From positions 2,450,236 through 2,514,235 of the forward strand of contig OZ252246.1 in assembly GCA_965249625.1 (NCBI GenBank): 64,000 nt of DNA, read 5' to 3'. Source of the DNA: Nitrospinales bacterium. Lineage in GTDB: Bacteria; Nitrospinota; Nitrospinia; Nitrospinales; VA-1. Every line of letters starts with the position of its first letter. Within the stretch, counting starts at the first letter, position 1. Position numbers and translations under genes: made by a program. The notes below the pieces were generated by a model. That model saw only the letters and a program-made list of their open reading frames with translations. It did not search any database and was not told where the DNA came from. Positions 8,966-18,279 of this stretch are shown here, piece after piece.

Positions 8966-9622
8966 ATGATTATCGCAATAGACGGGCCCGCCGGCAGTGG
9001 CAAAAGCACGGTCGCCAAGTTGGTCGCTAAACGGCTGAACTACCGGTACATCGACACCGGTGCCATGTATCGGGCCGTGGCCTGGACCGCTCAGAAAAAA
9101 GGCCTGGATCTTACCGATGAATCAGTTATGACCAAGATCGCCTTGAGCCTGAATATTGAATTCGTTCCTGGTGCTGAAGGGCAATCGGTATTGGTGGAAG
9201 GTGAAAACGCCACCGCCCTTTTGAAAAATGAAGCGGTGGGACGGGGAGCCGCAACAGTTGCGGCGCAAAAGTTTGTTCGTGAGGTTCTGGTAACGCGGCA
9301 ACGTCAGATCGGCGAGACCGGCAATGTTGTCATGGATGGGCGTGACATTGGGACGGTTGTATTTCCGCAAGCCGACAAAAAATTTTTTTTCGTTGCCGAC
9401 GCAGAGGAACGCGGACGGCGGCGGTATGAAGAACTAAAATTTAAAAACCCGGGTTTGGATTTGAAAACCATTGTCGAGGAAATCCGGCAACGTGACCATG
9501 AAGACCGCAACCGCAAAATTTCTCCACTGGTCAAAGCAGGCGATGCCCTAGAAGTTGATACCACTCGATTAAGTATTGAAGAGGTCACTGATCATATTTT
9601 TAAGAATATAAATAACCTTTAA
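8966..9622 (+). CDS. cmk: Cytidylate kinase
   Basis: IAIDGPAGSGKSTVAK P-loop and YIDTGAMYRA motif, in the classic cmk-rpsA arrangement. Confidence 0.9.
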   Translation: MIIAIDGPAGSGKSTVAKLVAKRLNYRYIDTGAMYRAVAWTAQKKGLDLTDESVMTKIALSLNIEFVPGAEGQSVLVEGENATALLKNEAVGRGAATVAAQKFVREVLVTRQRQIGETGNVVMDGRDIGTVVFPQADKKFFFVADAEERGRRRYEELKFKNPGLDLKTIVEEIRQRDHEDRNRKISPLVKAGDALEVDTTRLSIEEVTDHIFKNINNL

Positions 9623-9654
9623 ACATCCCAAGAGAAAGTGAGAATCAGGAGGTC

Positions 9655-11358
9655 ATGAAAATATCCAAGGAATTGCTAGAGCAAATGGAAAATGATGATA
9701 AAGAGGAACAGGAAGAGCTAACCGCAACCCAGATCGCCGCCTATGAAGAGATGGAAGGCTATTTTAACGAGAGTCTTGGCCGCTTTAAAGCGTCGCAGAT
9801 CATCATGGGAAAGGTGATCGCCATTTCCAACGGACTGGCCACCATCGATGTCGGCTTTAAATCAGAAGGCATGGTCTCGCTTTCCGAATTCCCTGAAAAC
9901 GGCAAAAACCTGCAGCTGGATGAAGAGGTTGAGGTCTTTCTTGAGAAGGTTGAAGACAACGATGGCAATGTAGTCTTATCCAAAGAAAAGGCCAATAAAA
10001 TTAAAATCTGGGATGACCTGGTTCAAACTTATGAAGCGGATGAAACCATTCGGGGTACTGTGGTGGCCAAAGCCAAGGGCGGATTAACCGTCGATATCGG
10101 ACTGAAAGCCTTCCTGCCTGGTTCCCAGATCGACCTTCGCCCGATTCGCAATCTGGAAAAACTGCTGGGCGAAAAATTCGACATGAAAATCATCAAGATG
10201 AATAAAAAACGCGGCAATATTGTCCTGTCGCGAAGAATTCTCCTTGAAGAACAACGCAAACAGATTCGCGAAGGCACTCTGGAAAAAATGAGTGAAGGCA
10301 GCCTCATTGAAGGTATCGTTAAAAATATCACCGAGTACGGAGTGTTCATCGACCTGGGCGGGATTGACGGCCTGCTTCATATCACCGACATGTCATGGGG
10401 CCGGGTCAACCATCCCTCCGAAATGTTTTCCATTGGTGACAAAGTCACGGTCATGGTTCTCAAGTACGATAAAGAAAAAGAGCGCGTCTCGCTCGGTCTC
10501 AAACAAACCAGTGCCGACCCATGGGTGGATGTCGATTCCAAATACCCGGTCAGCACCCAAATTAAGGGACGGGTGGTCAGCATCACCGACTATGGCGTGT
10601 TTGTAGAACTTGAAAAAGGCATTGAAGGGCTGGTCCACATTTCCGAAATGAGCTGGAGCCGTCACGTCAAACACCCGAGCAAAGTGGTTTCGATCGGAGA
10701 TGAAGTGGAAGCCATTGTGCTGACCCTTGATAAAGATAAAAAACGGATTTCTCTCGGCATGAAACAAATCGAGCCCAACCCGTGGGAAAAAATTGAAGAC
10801 AAATATCCCATTGGTTCTGAAGTTGAGGGCACGGTTCGTAACCTGACCGACTTTGGCGCCTTTGTGGAACTGGAAGACGGCGTGGATGGACTTATCCATA
10901 TTTCCGATTTGAGTTGGAAAAAAATCAAACATCCTTCTGAAATCCTGAAGAAAAAGGACAGAGTCACATCAGCCGTGCTCAGCATCGACAAGGAAAACTG
11001 CCGCATCTCTCTTGGGGTTAAACAGTTGCAACCCGACCCATGGGATGATATCGCAGCCAACTATCCTATCGGCACCGGAGTCACCGGCAAGATCATCAAG
11101 GTGACAGGATTCGGAGCGTTCGCGGAATTTGGCGACGGATTAGAAGGCCTGATTCATGTTTCGCAACTCAGTTCTAAAAAGATTACAGATCCTGAGTCTG
11201 TGGTGAAGGTGGACGATGAGATCAAGGCAAAAGTGATCAAAGTGGATACCTCTAACAAAAAGATCGCTTTAAGCATTAAAGCCCATACGGAAAACCTCGA
11301 CATTTCGCAGATCGAAAAAGAACAGGTAGACCTGGAAGGCTTTAAAGAAGAGGAGTAA
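9655..11358 (+). CDS. rpsA: 30S ribosomal protein S1
   Basis: Six tandem S1 domains (repeated G.V..I...G.FV.L..G..GL.H.S patterns), 567 aa. Confidence 0.95.
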   Translation: MKISKELLEQMENDDKEEQEELTATQIAAYEEMEGYFNESLGRFKASQIIMGKVIAISNGLATIDVGFKSEGMVSLSEFPENGKNLQLDEEVEVFLEKVEDNDGNVVLSKEKANKIKIWDDLVQTYEADETIRGTVVAKAKGGLTVDIGLKAFLPGSQIDLRPIRNLEKLLGEKFDMKIIKMNKKRGNIVLSRRILLEEQRKQIREGTLEKMSEGSLIEGIVKNITEYGVFIDLGGIDGLLHITDMSWGRVNHPSEMFSIGDKVTVMVLKYDKEKERVSLGLKQTSADPWVDVDSKYPVSTQIKGRVVSITDYGVFVELEKGIEGLVHISEMSWSRHVKHPSKVVSIGDEVEAIVLTLDKDKKRISLGMKQIEPNPWEKIEDKYPIGSEVEGTVRNLTDFGAFVELEDGVDGLIHISDLSWKKIKHPSEILKKKDRVTSAVLSIDKENCRISLGVKQLQPDPWDDIAANYPIGTGVTGKIIKVTGFGAFAEFGDGLEGLIHVSQLSSKKITDPESVVKVDDEIKAKVIKVDTSNKKIALSIKAHTENLDISQIEKEQVDLEGFKEEE

Positions 11359-11369
11359 AACCTGAAAAA

Positions 11370-11393
11370 TTCTGGACCCGAAAGGGTCCAGAA
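11370..11393 (+). terminator. Perfect 10-bp stem / GAAA-loop hairpin between rpsA and sppA (possible attenuator or weak terminator)
   Basis: TTCTGGACCC-GAAA-GGGTCCAGAA lies 12 nt after the rpsA stop. There is no strong U tract, and it sits 8 nt before the sppA ATG. Confidence 0.4.
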
Positions 11394-11401
11394 TCTTGAA
11401 A

Positions 11402-12301
11402 ATGGAACCTACGATCCAACCTAAACGATCTTTCTTCAAATCTTTTATGCGGTTTGCGACGGGGCTTTTTGTCTTGATGATATTGATAAGCATCGGCTCT
11501 GCCCTGTTGCCGGACCGTTGGAAATCCCCTTCCGGCGAAATCGCCCTGGTCCACGTTCAAGGAGTGCTGATGAATTCCCGGGACATTGTCCGCCAGCTCT
11601 CCGACTATCGCCACAATCCGAAAGTGCGGGGTATCATCCTGCGCATTGATTCTCCAGGCGGAGCGGTTGCACCGGCACAGGAGATTTACAGCGAAATCAT
11701 GAAACTCCGGGCCGGTCATAAAACGGTTTATGCCTCCATGGGAACGGTGGCGGCCTCGGGTGGATATTATATTGCCTGCGCGGCCGATTACGTTTTGGCT
11801 AATCCCGGTACCCTAACGGGGAGCATATCTGCCGTGATGGCTTTTAATAACATTGAGGAACTGACTAAAAAAATTGGCGTTAAACCCAATATCATTAAGA
11901 GCGGTAAGTTCAAAGACATGGGTTCTCCCCTGCGAGCCATGAGTCTGGAGGAACAAAAACTTTTGCAAAATGTCGTGGACGATGTGCACCAGCAATTTGT
12001 GCAGGCTATCGCGAAAGGCCGAAACCTGCCCCTTGCACAGGTTCATAAGATTGCTGATGGAAGGATCATGACTGGCCAACAGGCTCTTAAGCTTAAACTG
12101 ATTGATGAGGTGGGCGGGCTCGAAAAAACCATCGAACTGCTGGCAAAAAAGCTCGGTGTCAAAGGAAGGCCTAAAGTCATTGAACAAAAAGAAAAAATTC
12201 CTTTCCTCGACTGGCTTCTGCAGAGTTCGCTTTCCAGTGGACTGGCCGAAACCTTAATGCCATCCTCCTACCCCCGCTTGCAATATCTTTGGTTTCCCTG
12301 A
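11402..12301 (+). CDS. sppA: Signal peptide peptidase SppA, 36K type
   Basis: N-terminal TM segment, IDSPGGAV motif and ClpP/crotonase-fold pattern. The start may be TTG 11396 or ATG 11402. Confidence 0.85.
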   Translation: MEPTIQPKRSFFKSFMRFATGLFVLMILISIGSALLPDRWKSPSGEIALVHVQGVLMNSRDIVRQLSDYRHNPKVRGIILRIDSPGGAVAPAQEIYSEIMKLRAGHKTVYASMGTVAASGGYYIACAADYVLANPGTLTGSISAVMAFNNIEELTKKIGVKPNIIKSGKFKDMGSPLRAMSLEEQKLLQNVVDDVHQQFVQAIAKGRNLPLAQVHKIADGRIMTGQQALKLKLIDEVGGLEKTIELLAKKLGVKGRPKVIEQKEKIPFLDWLLQSSLSSGLAETLMPSSYPRLQYLWFP

Positions 12302-12458
12302 AAAAACAATGAGTTATGGAACTTGCGCCGCACAGAAAAACTAAAATACCCTCCCCCAATCAGGTCATGCGACCTCGTTAATCCAGACTCCTGAAGGGGG
12401 ACTTCTCAAGCGCAAAACCGGAGCCTTAAAACCGGGTAAACCCATTAAAATATTGGGC

Positions 12459-12486
12459 TTGACTTAATTCCACCTAATGCTATACT
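12459..12486 (+). promoter_or_regulatory. Candidate sigma-70 promoter for ihfB
   Basis: TTGACT (12459-12464), a 16-nt spacer, then TATACT (12481-12486), about 60 nt upstream of the ihfB ATG. Confidence 0.45.
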
Positions 12487-12548
12487 TCCGCGAATTCTTA
12501 TTTCAGAAGCAGTTAAAATGTTTACCGGTGGGGGAGGGAGACTTTTTA

Positions 12549-12851
12549 ATGACTAAAGCAGAGCTTGTCGAAAGAGTGGCCGACCAGATCAACCTGACGA
12601 AAAAACAGACCGAGGTCGTGGTGAATACTGTTTTTTCTAGCATTACTGAATCGCTGGCAGAAGGGAAAAAAGTCGAATTGAGAGGGTTTGGAAGTTTCCG
12701 AATCCGGCAAAGAAATGCCAGGGTGGGACGCAATCCCAAGTCTGGACAAAAAGTGGAGGTTCCCTCTAAAAAAGTGCCTTTTTTCAAGGCCGGAAAAGAG
12801 TTGAGGGAACTGGTGGACAAGCACGAAAAAGCTCAAGAGGTAGAGCCCTAA
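12549..12851 (+). CDS. ihfB: Integration host factor beta subunit-like protein (HU/IHF family)
   Basis: MTKAELVERVA...VELRGFGSFRIRQRNARVGRNPKSGQKVEVPSKKVPFFKAGKELR closely follows the IHF-beta pattern. GGAGGGAG lies upstream of the ATG at 12549. Confidence 0.75.
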   Translation: MTKAELVERVADQINLTKKQTEVVVNTVFSSITESLAEGKKVELRGFGSFRIRQRNARVGRNPKSGQKVEVPSKKVPFFKAGKELRELVDKHEKAQEVEP

Positions 12852-13058
12852 AAGGGATTTTAAAGTTAAATCCCCCACACCTCATTCGTAAAAAAACCGG
12901 GGCCACTGGGGTCCCTTGTGGTGCCCACACCGCACCCCTTCCCCACCCAAAAACAATTAGTCTTTAGTTTTCAATAGTTTCATCTCAGGAATACGCGAGT
13001 GAACGTTCTGTTACCCAGTCGGGGCTCAACAGAAAGAGTTACATTCAGCCTAAAATCT

Positions 13059-14129
13059 ATGTCTGGAAGCACGTTCGGAAAACATTTTAAAATTACCACT
13101 TGGGGCGAGTCTCATGGTGATGGCATCGGGGTTGTCGTGGAAGGTTGCCCGGCCGGATTGCCCCTCAAAGAATCTGATATCCAAAAAGATCTGGACCGAC
13201 GACGAACCGGCCAAAGCAAAGTCACCACCACCCGCAAGGAAGGCGACAAAATCCAAATCATGTCCGGTGTCTTTAAGGGCAAGACCACCGGTACGCCTAT
13301 TTCCATGCGCGTCGATAACAAAGACGCCGATTCCTCAAAATATGAGCTGATCAAACACCTGTACCGTCCCGGTCACGCGGACTACACCTATGATGCGAAA
13401 TACGGCTTTCGCGATTACCGGGGTGGAGGACGGTCCAGCGCACGGGAAACTGTAGGCAGAGTGGCCGCCGGGGCCATCGCTAAAAAACTTTTAGCCCGCG
13501 ATAAAATCACCATCACCGGGTTCACCCGACAGATCGGGCACCAAACAGCAACAACCGTAAACTTCAAGGAAATAGAAAAAAATATTGTGCGTTGTCCTGA
13601 TGCGAAAACCGCCGAAAAAATGGTGGCCGCCATCATGCAGGCACGTAAAAACAGCGACTCACTGGGAGGCATCATCGAAGTGATTGCCAAAGGAGTGCCC
13701 GCGGGATTGGGAGAGCCCGTCTTCGACAGACTGGATGCCGATTTGGCCAAGGCGGTCATGAGCATCCCTGCGGTAAAAGGAATGGAAATTGGCGCAGGAT
13801 TCCAAACCGCCACCATGACCGGCTCGGAGTGTAATGATGTCTTTGTGACGAAAAACAAAAAGGTGATGACCAAAACCAATAACGCCGGGGGGATTCTCGG
13901 TGGCATTTCCAATGGCATGGATATCGTTGTCAAATTGGTGGTGAAACCAACTTCATCCATCAACAAGACGCAAGAAACCATCACCCAAGAAGGAAAAAAA
14001 TCTGAAATCCGCGTTGAAGGCCGACACGATCCCTGCGTCGCTCCAAGAGCCGTTCCTATTGCCGAGGCCATGGTCGCCTTGACCCTCATTGACCACCTGC
14101 TGAGAAACAAAGCTTCCCGGCTGACCTGA
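13059..14129 (+). CDS. aroC: Chorismate synthase
   Basis: FGKHFKITTWGESHG start, plus the RPGHADYTY and GGGRSSARET signatures. Confidence 0.9.
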   Translation: MSGSTFGKHFKITTWGESHGDGIGVVVEGCPAGLPLKESDIQKDLDRRRTGQSKVTTTRKEGDKIQIMSGVFKGKTTGTPISMRVDNKDADSSKYELIKHLYRPGHADYTYDAKYGFRDYRGGGRSSARETVGRVAAGAIAKKLLARDKITITGFTRQIGHQTATTVNFKEIEKNIVRCPDAKTAEKMVAAIMQARKNSDSLGGIIEVIAKGVPAGLGEPVFDRLDADLAKAVMSIPAVKGMEIGAGFQTATMTGSECNDVFVTKNKKVMTKTNNAGGILGGISNGMDIVVKLVVKPTSSINKTQETITQEGKKSEIRVEGRHDPCVAPRAVPIAEAMVALTLIDHLLRNKASRLT

Positions 14130-14140
14130 CCCGAACCCCT

Positions 14141-14938
14141 ATGAGAGTTGGATTCGTTCAAAACAAACCTATTTTTGCAGGGGTTCAGGAAAATCTTGAC
14201 CGGATTGAAGAACTTCTTAAAGGTCAGAGTGCTGACCTGTTTGTCCTGCCCGAACTTTTTGCCACCGGTTATCAGTTCAAAGATATGGAAGAGTCGCGTA
14301 GCCTGGCAGAACTGGTTCCAGGAGGACTCACCACCAGCGCGCTGACTACCATCGCCAAGAAAACCAATGCCACTATCATCGCCGGTCTTGCCGAGATCGA
14401 AGACGATCAGGTCTACAATTCCGCCGTTATCACAGGACCGGATGGCTATATCGGGAAGTATCGCAAGCTCCATCTCTTTGATACGGAAAAGGACTGCTTC
14501 CAACAAGGCAACTTGCCACTCAAGGTTTTTGATATCGCCAGCGCAAAAGTAGGTGTCATGATTTGTTTCGACTGGCGCTTTCCTGAAACCGCCCGAACCC
14601 TGGCACTAATGGGAGCGGATCTGATCGCTCATCCTTCCAACCTGGTCCTGACCCACTGTCCGCAGGCCATGATCACCCGTTGCCTGGAGAACCGTGTCTT
14701 TGCTGTCACCGCCGACCGGGTGGGAATGGAAAATCGTTTAGAGGAGGAACCTCTTAACTTCATGGGCCAGAGTCAGGTGATAGACCCCAATGGCAATATT
14801 TTGGTCCGGGCCTCGATGACCGATGAAGAGGTATCTGTGGTCCAGTTAGACCTCAGTCTGGCCCGTGACAAATTCCTCAACCCCCGCAACCACATTTTCA
14901 ATGACCGCCGTACAGACCTCTACCCCCCCCCCTCTTAA
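14141..14938 (+). CDS. Carbon-nitrogen hydrolase family protein (nitrilase/amidohydrolase superfamily)
   Basis: Glu-Lys-Cys triad contexts are visible: VLPELF, YRKLHLF, MICFDWRFPE. Confidence 0.8.
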   Translation: MRVGFVQNKPIFAGVQENLDRIEELLKGQSADLFVLPELFATGYQFKDMEESRSLAELVPGGLTTSALTTIAKKTNATIIAGLAEIEDDQVYNSAVITGPDGYIGKYRKLHLFDTEKDCFQQGNLPLKVFDIASAKVGVMICFDWRFPETARTLALMGADLIAHPSNLVLTHCPQAMITRCLENRVFAVTADRVGMENRLEEEPLNFMGQSQVIDPNGNILVRASMTDEEVSVVQLDLSLARDKFLNPRNHIFNDRRTDLYPPPS

Positions 14939-15064
14939 TAGATAACAATGGCCCCACTTTGAAATAACCTCACCATAGGTTAAAATAGGGCTACAGTTTA
15001 ATCGAAAAATATTACATATCATCCATCAGCATTCACTGCTTGCTGATTATTTGAGAGGAATAGA

Positions 15065-15496
15065 ATGGGTAACGAAAAATCACGGTTTTTGAAAAGAGAT
15101 GACGGAACTATTTACGATTCTCTGACCAGCGTCACCTGGATGGCGAACGACTCACGGTTGGATCTGGATAAAGAAGTCTCTTATTCGGAAACGGAAGAAT
15201 ACGTAAAATCAATGAACGAAAAAAAAGTGGGCGGCTATGCGGACTGGCGTCTCCCTTCCATCCATGAGGCATCCTCCATTTTTGACAAGGAAAAGTTGAA
15301 CAAAGATTTCAAGGGCACCGACATTCATCTCGACTCTGTGTTTCCTCCCGGTGCGGGTAACTGCACATGGACTTCATCCACTCGCGGCGAGGAAGCGCAA
15401 ATCCTGTTCTACATGAACGGCTGCGCCTACTGGTACGGTAAGAACGACGAAACTATTTCCCACGGGGTACGCCTCGTCCGCCGCGACAACAACTAG
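15065..15496 (+). CDS. DUF1566 (Lcl C-terminal domain)-like protein
   Basis: TWMANDS...GYADWRLPSIHEASSIF pattern typical of DUF1566. Confidence 0.55.
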   Translation: MGNEKSRFLKRDDGTIYDSLTSVTWMANDSRLDLDKEVSYSETEEYVKSMNEKKVGGYADWRLPSIHEASSIFDKEKLNKDFKGTDIHLDSVFPPGAGNCTWTSSTRGEEAQILFYMNGCAYWYGKNDETISHGVRLVRRDNN

Positions 15497-15569
15497 GCGT
15501 TGGGCCAACTAGCAATAAGGTGTTTGACCGACAAACTTCTTCTCGGCTTGAATAGGTTTTACCCAATTC

Positions 15570-15607
15570 TTCCCTCCCTTCATAGGGAGGGACTGAGGGA
15601 GGGTTGG
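15570..15607. repeat. REP-like palindromic element, family C (CCCTCCCT-n-AGGGAGGG type)
   Basis: TTCCCTCCCTTCATAGGGAGGGACTGAGGGAGGGTTGG. Its reverse complement matches the sequence that the MITE at 35736 splits (35705-35735 plus 35943-35955). Confidence 0.6.
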
Positions 15608-15613
15608 CTTTTT

Positions 15614-16402
15614 ATGACTTATAACAAGAAAAGAAAATTTAAATTCTTTCTATGTTTCGTTTTGATATTTTTAATTTGCACCCCTCCCGATGGCATAGCG
15701 AAATGCCCTACAAGAATGGGTTCTTTTTTTACCCCGGACCATTTCCCCGTGATCACGCGCAGGGGCTCGATCACCAAATTCCCAGAAAATACTATTCCCG
15801 CTTTTCAGGAGGTGTTGAACATGGATGGCACCAACTCTCTCGAAGTCGATCTGTTCCCTCGTTAGGGGAGTCAAGATGGAGAAAAAAAGCAAGCAAACTT
15901 ATTTTGGCCGAATTTACAGAACACTACGGATATGAGGATAAAATCACCAACACCAAATCGGATGTTAAGATTCCAACCCTGCAGGATTTAATGGAATGGG
16001 CGGCACAGCGGGATAAACTCAAACTGGTGTTATTGAAATTAAAGATTCCAGCGAACGAAAGTCATTTAGCCCCAATTATGCTCAAAAAAAATAAGGCTGA
16101 TTATTGGCAGCATTTATCCATCCCCAAAATTTCAGCTCATATTGTCAACGCCGCATAAAGAAGTTTTAAATCTGATCAGAAATCGATTTGATGAATTCTC
16201 ATTTTCTTATGACCGGGAAATCCCCCCTGTTGGAATCATAAATTATCATGGGTTTATGGGAAATGGACAGGCAGTCTTTTTCCGCCAGGGCGGGATGAAC
16301 CATCCCCGCCATCAAAAACAGGGTAGCGTTGAAGATGGCGAACTGCTTGCGCATGGGGTTTCCTTTATCAAAAGTGCGCTTAATTCGGCTTTGCGATTTT
16401 GA
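15614..16402 (+). pseudogene. Glycerophosphodiester-phosphodiesterase-like secreted protein, reading frame broken in three pieces
   Basis: Signal peptide plus FPENTIPAFQEVL...LEVDL (GDPD N-terminal pattern) runs in frame 2 until the TAG at 15866. The continuation (IPTLQDLMEW...LKLKIP) is in frame 1 up to 16158. Frame 2 then reopens across the A8 run at 16084-16091. Confidence 0.4.
16199..16354 (-). CDS. Possible small secreted protein, or a truncated paralogue of the upstream gene
   Basis: The MRKQFAIFNATLFLMAGMVHPALAEKDC signal peptide resembles that of the 202-aa neighbour (LMVLGMVAPVFAEEKC). It is antisense to the last GDPD-like piece, so only one of the two is likely to be real. Confidence 0.25.
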   Translation of the reverse strand: MRKQFAIFNATLFLMAGMVHPALAEKDCLSISHKPMIIYDSNRGDFPVIRK

Positions 16403-16988
16403 CATTAGGCACCTTCAATCCAAAGTAGGGAACCAGTTCATTGGGCACCGACAATTTTCGGTATAGAACATGAAATTCCTCATCCGAAATATCCTGTTTC
16501 AGCAGTTGTTGAACCTGCTCGGCAGAAACGATCTGTTGTGAAGGTTCATCAAACATGGTGATGCCAACACCCATCCAATGGGAATGGACAAACTGCTGCT
16601 GCACCAGACTCTCGACACCAGTGCTGTATTCCATGGATTTTTTGATAATGTGCTGGGCGATATAGGCTGGAACGCATCGCCCCACCGCAATCACTTTTGA
16701 GGTCTCGCCCATGGGGTACACCCTCAAGGCCACGCGTGTGAAACCGATCTCAGCAAATTCCTTGAAGACCTGTTTTCTTTGTTTGCGGTAAGATTTGGAA
16801 ATATAGCCCTCAATTTTGATACGTTTTTTATCGACAGGTTCACATTTTTCTTCGGCAAACACCGGGGCCACCATCCCTAAAACCATCAAAACAGGTAATG
16901 CCTGCATTCGGAACCGCTGCCATAACTCACTGAATTGCTGCTTTTTAAATTGCATCATGAAATTTCCTGTTTCTCCGGTTTGAGACAA
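16380..16988 (-). CDS. Hypothetical secreted protein
   Basis: N-terminal signal peptide (KKQQFSELWQRFRMQALPVLMVLGMVAPVFA-EEKC). No family recognised. The start is uncertain (16988 or 16958). Confidence 0.5.
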   Translation of the reverse strand: MSQTGETGNFMMQFKKQQFSELWQRFRMQALPVLMVLGMVAPVFAEEKCEPVDKKRIKIEGYISKSYRKQRKQVFKEFAEIGFTRVALRVYPMGETSKVIAVGRCVPAYIAQHIIKKSMEYSTGVESLVQQQFVHSHWMGVGITMFDEPSQQIVSAEQVQQLLKQDISDEEFHVLYRKLSVPNELVPYFGLKVPNVKIAKPN

Positions 16989-17031
16989 ATCCTCTGTTAT
17001 AATAGTTCAACCCCGATTGACCTTGCTCTAC

Positions 17032-17265
17032 CTATGGGGTCTTGTTGATGAATTCTTCAGCGCTTTGTTCGCTTGAAAAATAATATTCCTTGCCGTTGAC
17101 GGTTTTTTTGATCGCCTCAGATTTTGGGATATACACCCCATTATTGGGGTCCATGACCATTTCTGTAGGTTCCTGTTCCGCAGATGGGCTTTTTGATGGG
17201 AAAATCGCACGCGCAATAAGAATCAGCAGAACTACGGCAATTCCAAATAGTGCTAAACGGACCAT
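17032..17265 (-). CDS. Membrane-anchored small protein with a cysteine-less YHS/TRASH-like domain
   Basis: One N-terminal TM helix, then DPNNGVYIPKSEAIKKTVNGKEYYFSSEQSAEEF. This aligns with the YHS pattern DPVCGM.V....A.....GK.YYFCS..C...F, with all Cys replaced. Confidence 0.5.
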   Translation of the reverse strand: MVRLALFGIAVVLLILIARAIFPSKSPSAEQEPTEMVMDPNNGVYIPKSEAIKKTVNGKEYYFSSEQSAEEFINKTP

Positions 17266-17350
17266 AGGGTCATTTTAAAGTTTTGCCGCACGAAATACAA
17301 CCCGGCAGAAATTGGCGGGAACAGGCATTTATTAAATCATACTTCAAACT

Positions 17351-18268
17351 ATGAACGACGAAAAAACCACAGACAAGGCAGATAAATCCCGGTTGCCAGC
17401 GGTTCGGACCAAAGGTTCACTGGTCCCGCTCGACCCTTATTCGGCTTATCTTCAGGAAGTCCGTAAATACCCGCTTCTGACGGAAGAGGAGGAGAAAGAT
17501 CTGGCCATCCGTTACAAAGAAACCGGTGATCTTGAGGCTGCCTATAAACTGACCACCGCCAACCTGATGCTGGTCATTAAAATCGCCATGACGTTCAAGC
17601 GTGAATGGCAGAACCTGATGGACTTGATTCAGGAAGGCAATGTTGGCCTGATGAAAGCGGTTAAAAATTTCGACCCCTTTCGCGGAGTGCGTCTTTCTGC
17701 CTATGCCACATGGTGGATCAAGTCATATATTCTGAAACATATTCTCGATAACTGGCGGCTGGTGCGTGTGGGCACCACCAACGCACGGCGAAAACTGTTG
17801 TTCAACCTGAAAAGGGAAAAGGAAAAGCTCGAGCAAGAGGGGTTTGACCCCACCACCAAGCTGCTGGCCGAACGGTTTGGGGTTGATGAGGGAGAAATCA
17901 TCGATGTCTCCGCCAGCATTGGTGCGATGGATGTTTCTATCGACACCCCCACCCACCCCGACAGCACCATGACTCCAGCACAAACTCTTACGGACGGGAA
18001 ATCTGTTGAAGCCAATGCGGAGCTCAACCAGTTCCGAGAAATTCTCAATAAAAATATTGAAAATTTTAAAACCGATTTAAACGCCAACGAAATAGAAATT
18101 CTCAACCAGCGCGTTCTTTCCGAGGACCCTTTATCGCTGCAGGAAATCGGCGACCAGAGAGGAGTCACGCGAGAAGCCGTGCGCCAGGCCGAACAAAGAT
18201 TATTAAAAAAATTTAAAACTTTTATCGAAGAAAATATGCCGGAAGCTGCAGACTATTTTAAAACCTGA
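17351..18268 (+). CDS. rpoH: RNA polymerase sigma-32 (heat-shock sigma factor RpoH)
   Basis: Sigma-70 region 2 ([34 protein letters not shown]) followed by an RpoH-box-like [14 protein letters not shown], plus region 4. Confidence 0.85.
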   Translation: MNDEKTTDKADKSRLPAVRTKGSLVPLDPYSAYLQEVRKYPLLTEEEEKDLAIRYKETGDLEAAYKLTTANLMLVIKIAMTFKREWQNLMDLIQEGNVGLMKAVKNFDPFRGVRLSAYATWWIKSYILKHILDNWRLVRVGTTNARRKLLFNLKREKEKLEQEGFDPTTKLLAERFGVDEGEIIDVSASIGAMDVSIDTPTHPDSTMTPAQTLTDGKSVEANAELNQFREILNKNIENFKTDLNANEIEILNQRVLSEDPLSLQEIGDQRGVTREAVRQAEQRLLKKFKTFIEENMPEAADYFKT

Positions 18269-18279
18269 GGAGGAGCATT

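Noticed and set aside
10393-10932. 179-aa minus-strand ORF (and several similar ones between 9759 and 11060)
   Set aside because: Antisense to rpsA, whose six S1 domains are unambiguous.
13415-14506. 363-aa ORF on the minus strand
   Set aside because: It lies entirely antisense to the well-supported aroC and CN-hydrolase genes. It is low-complexity (Ser/Pro/Ala/Thr-rich), has no motif and crosses the aroC/hydrolase boundary. This is a typical shadow ORF.
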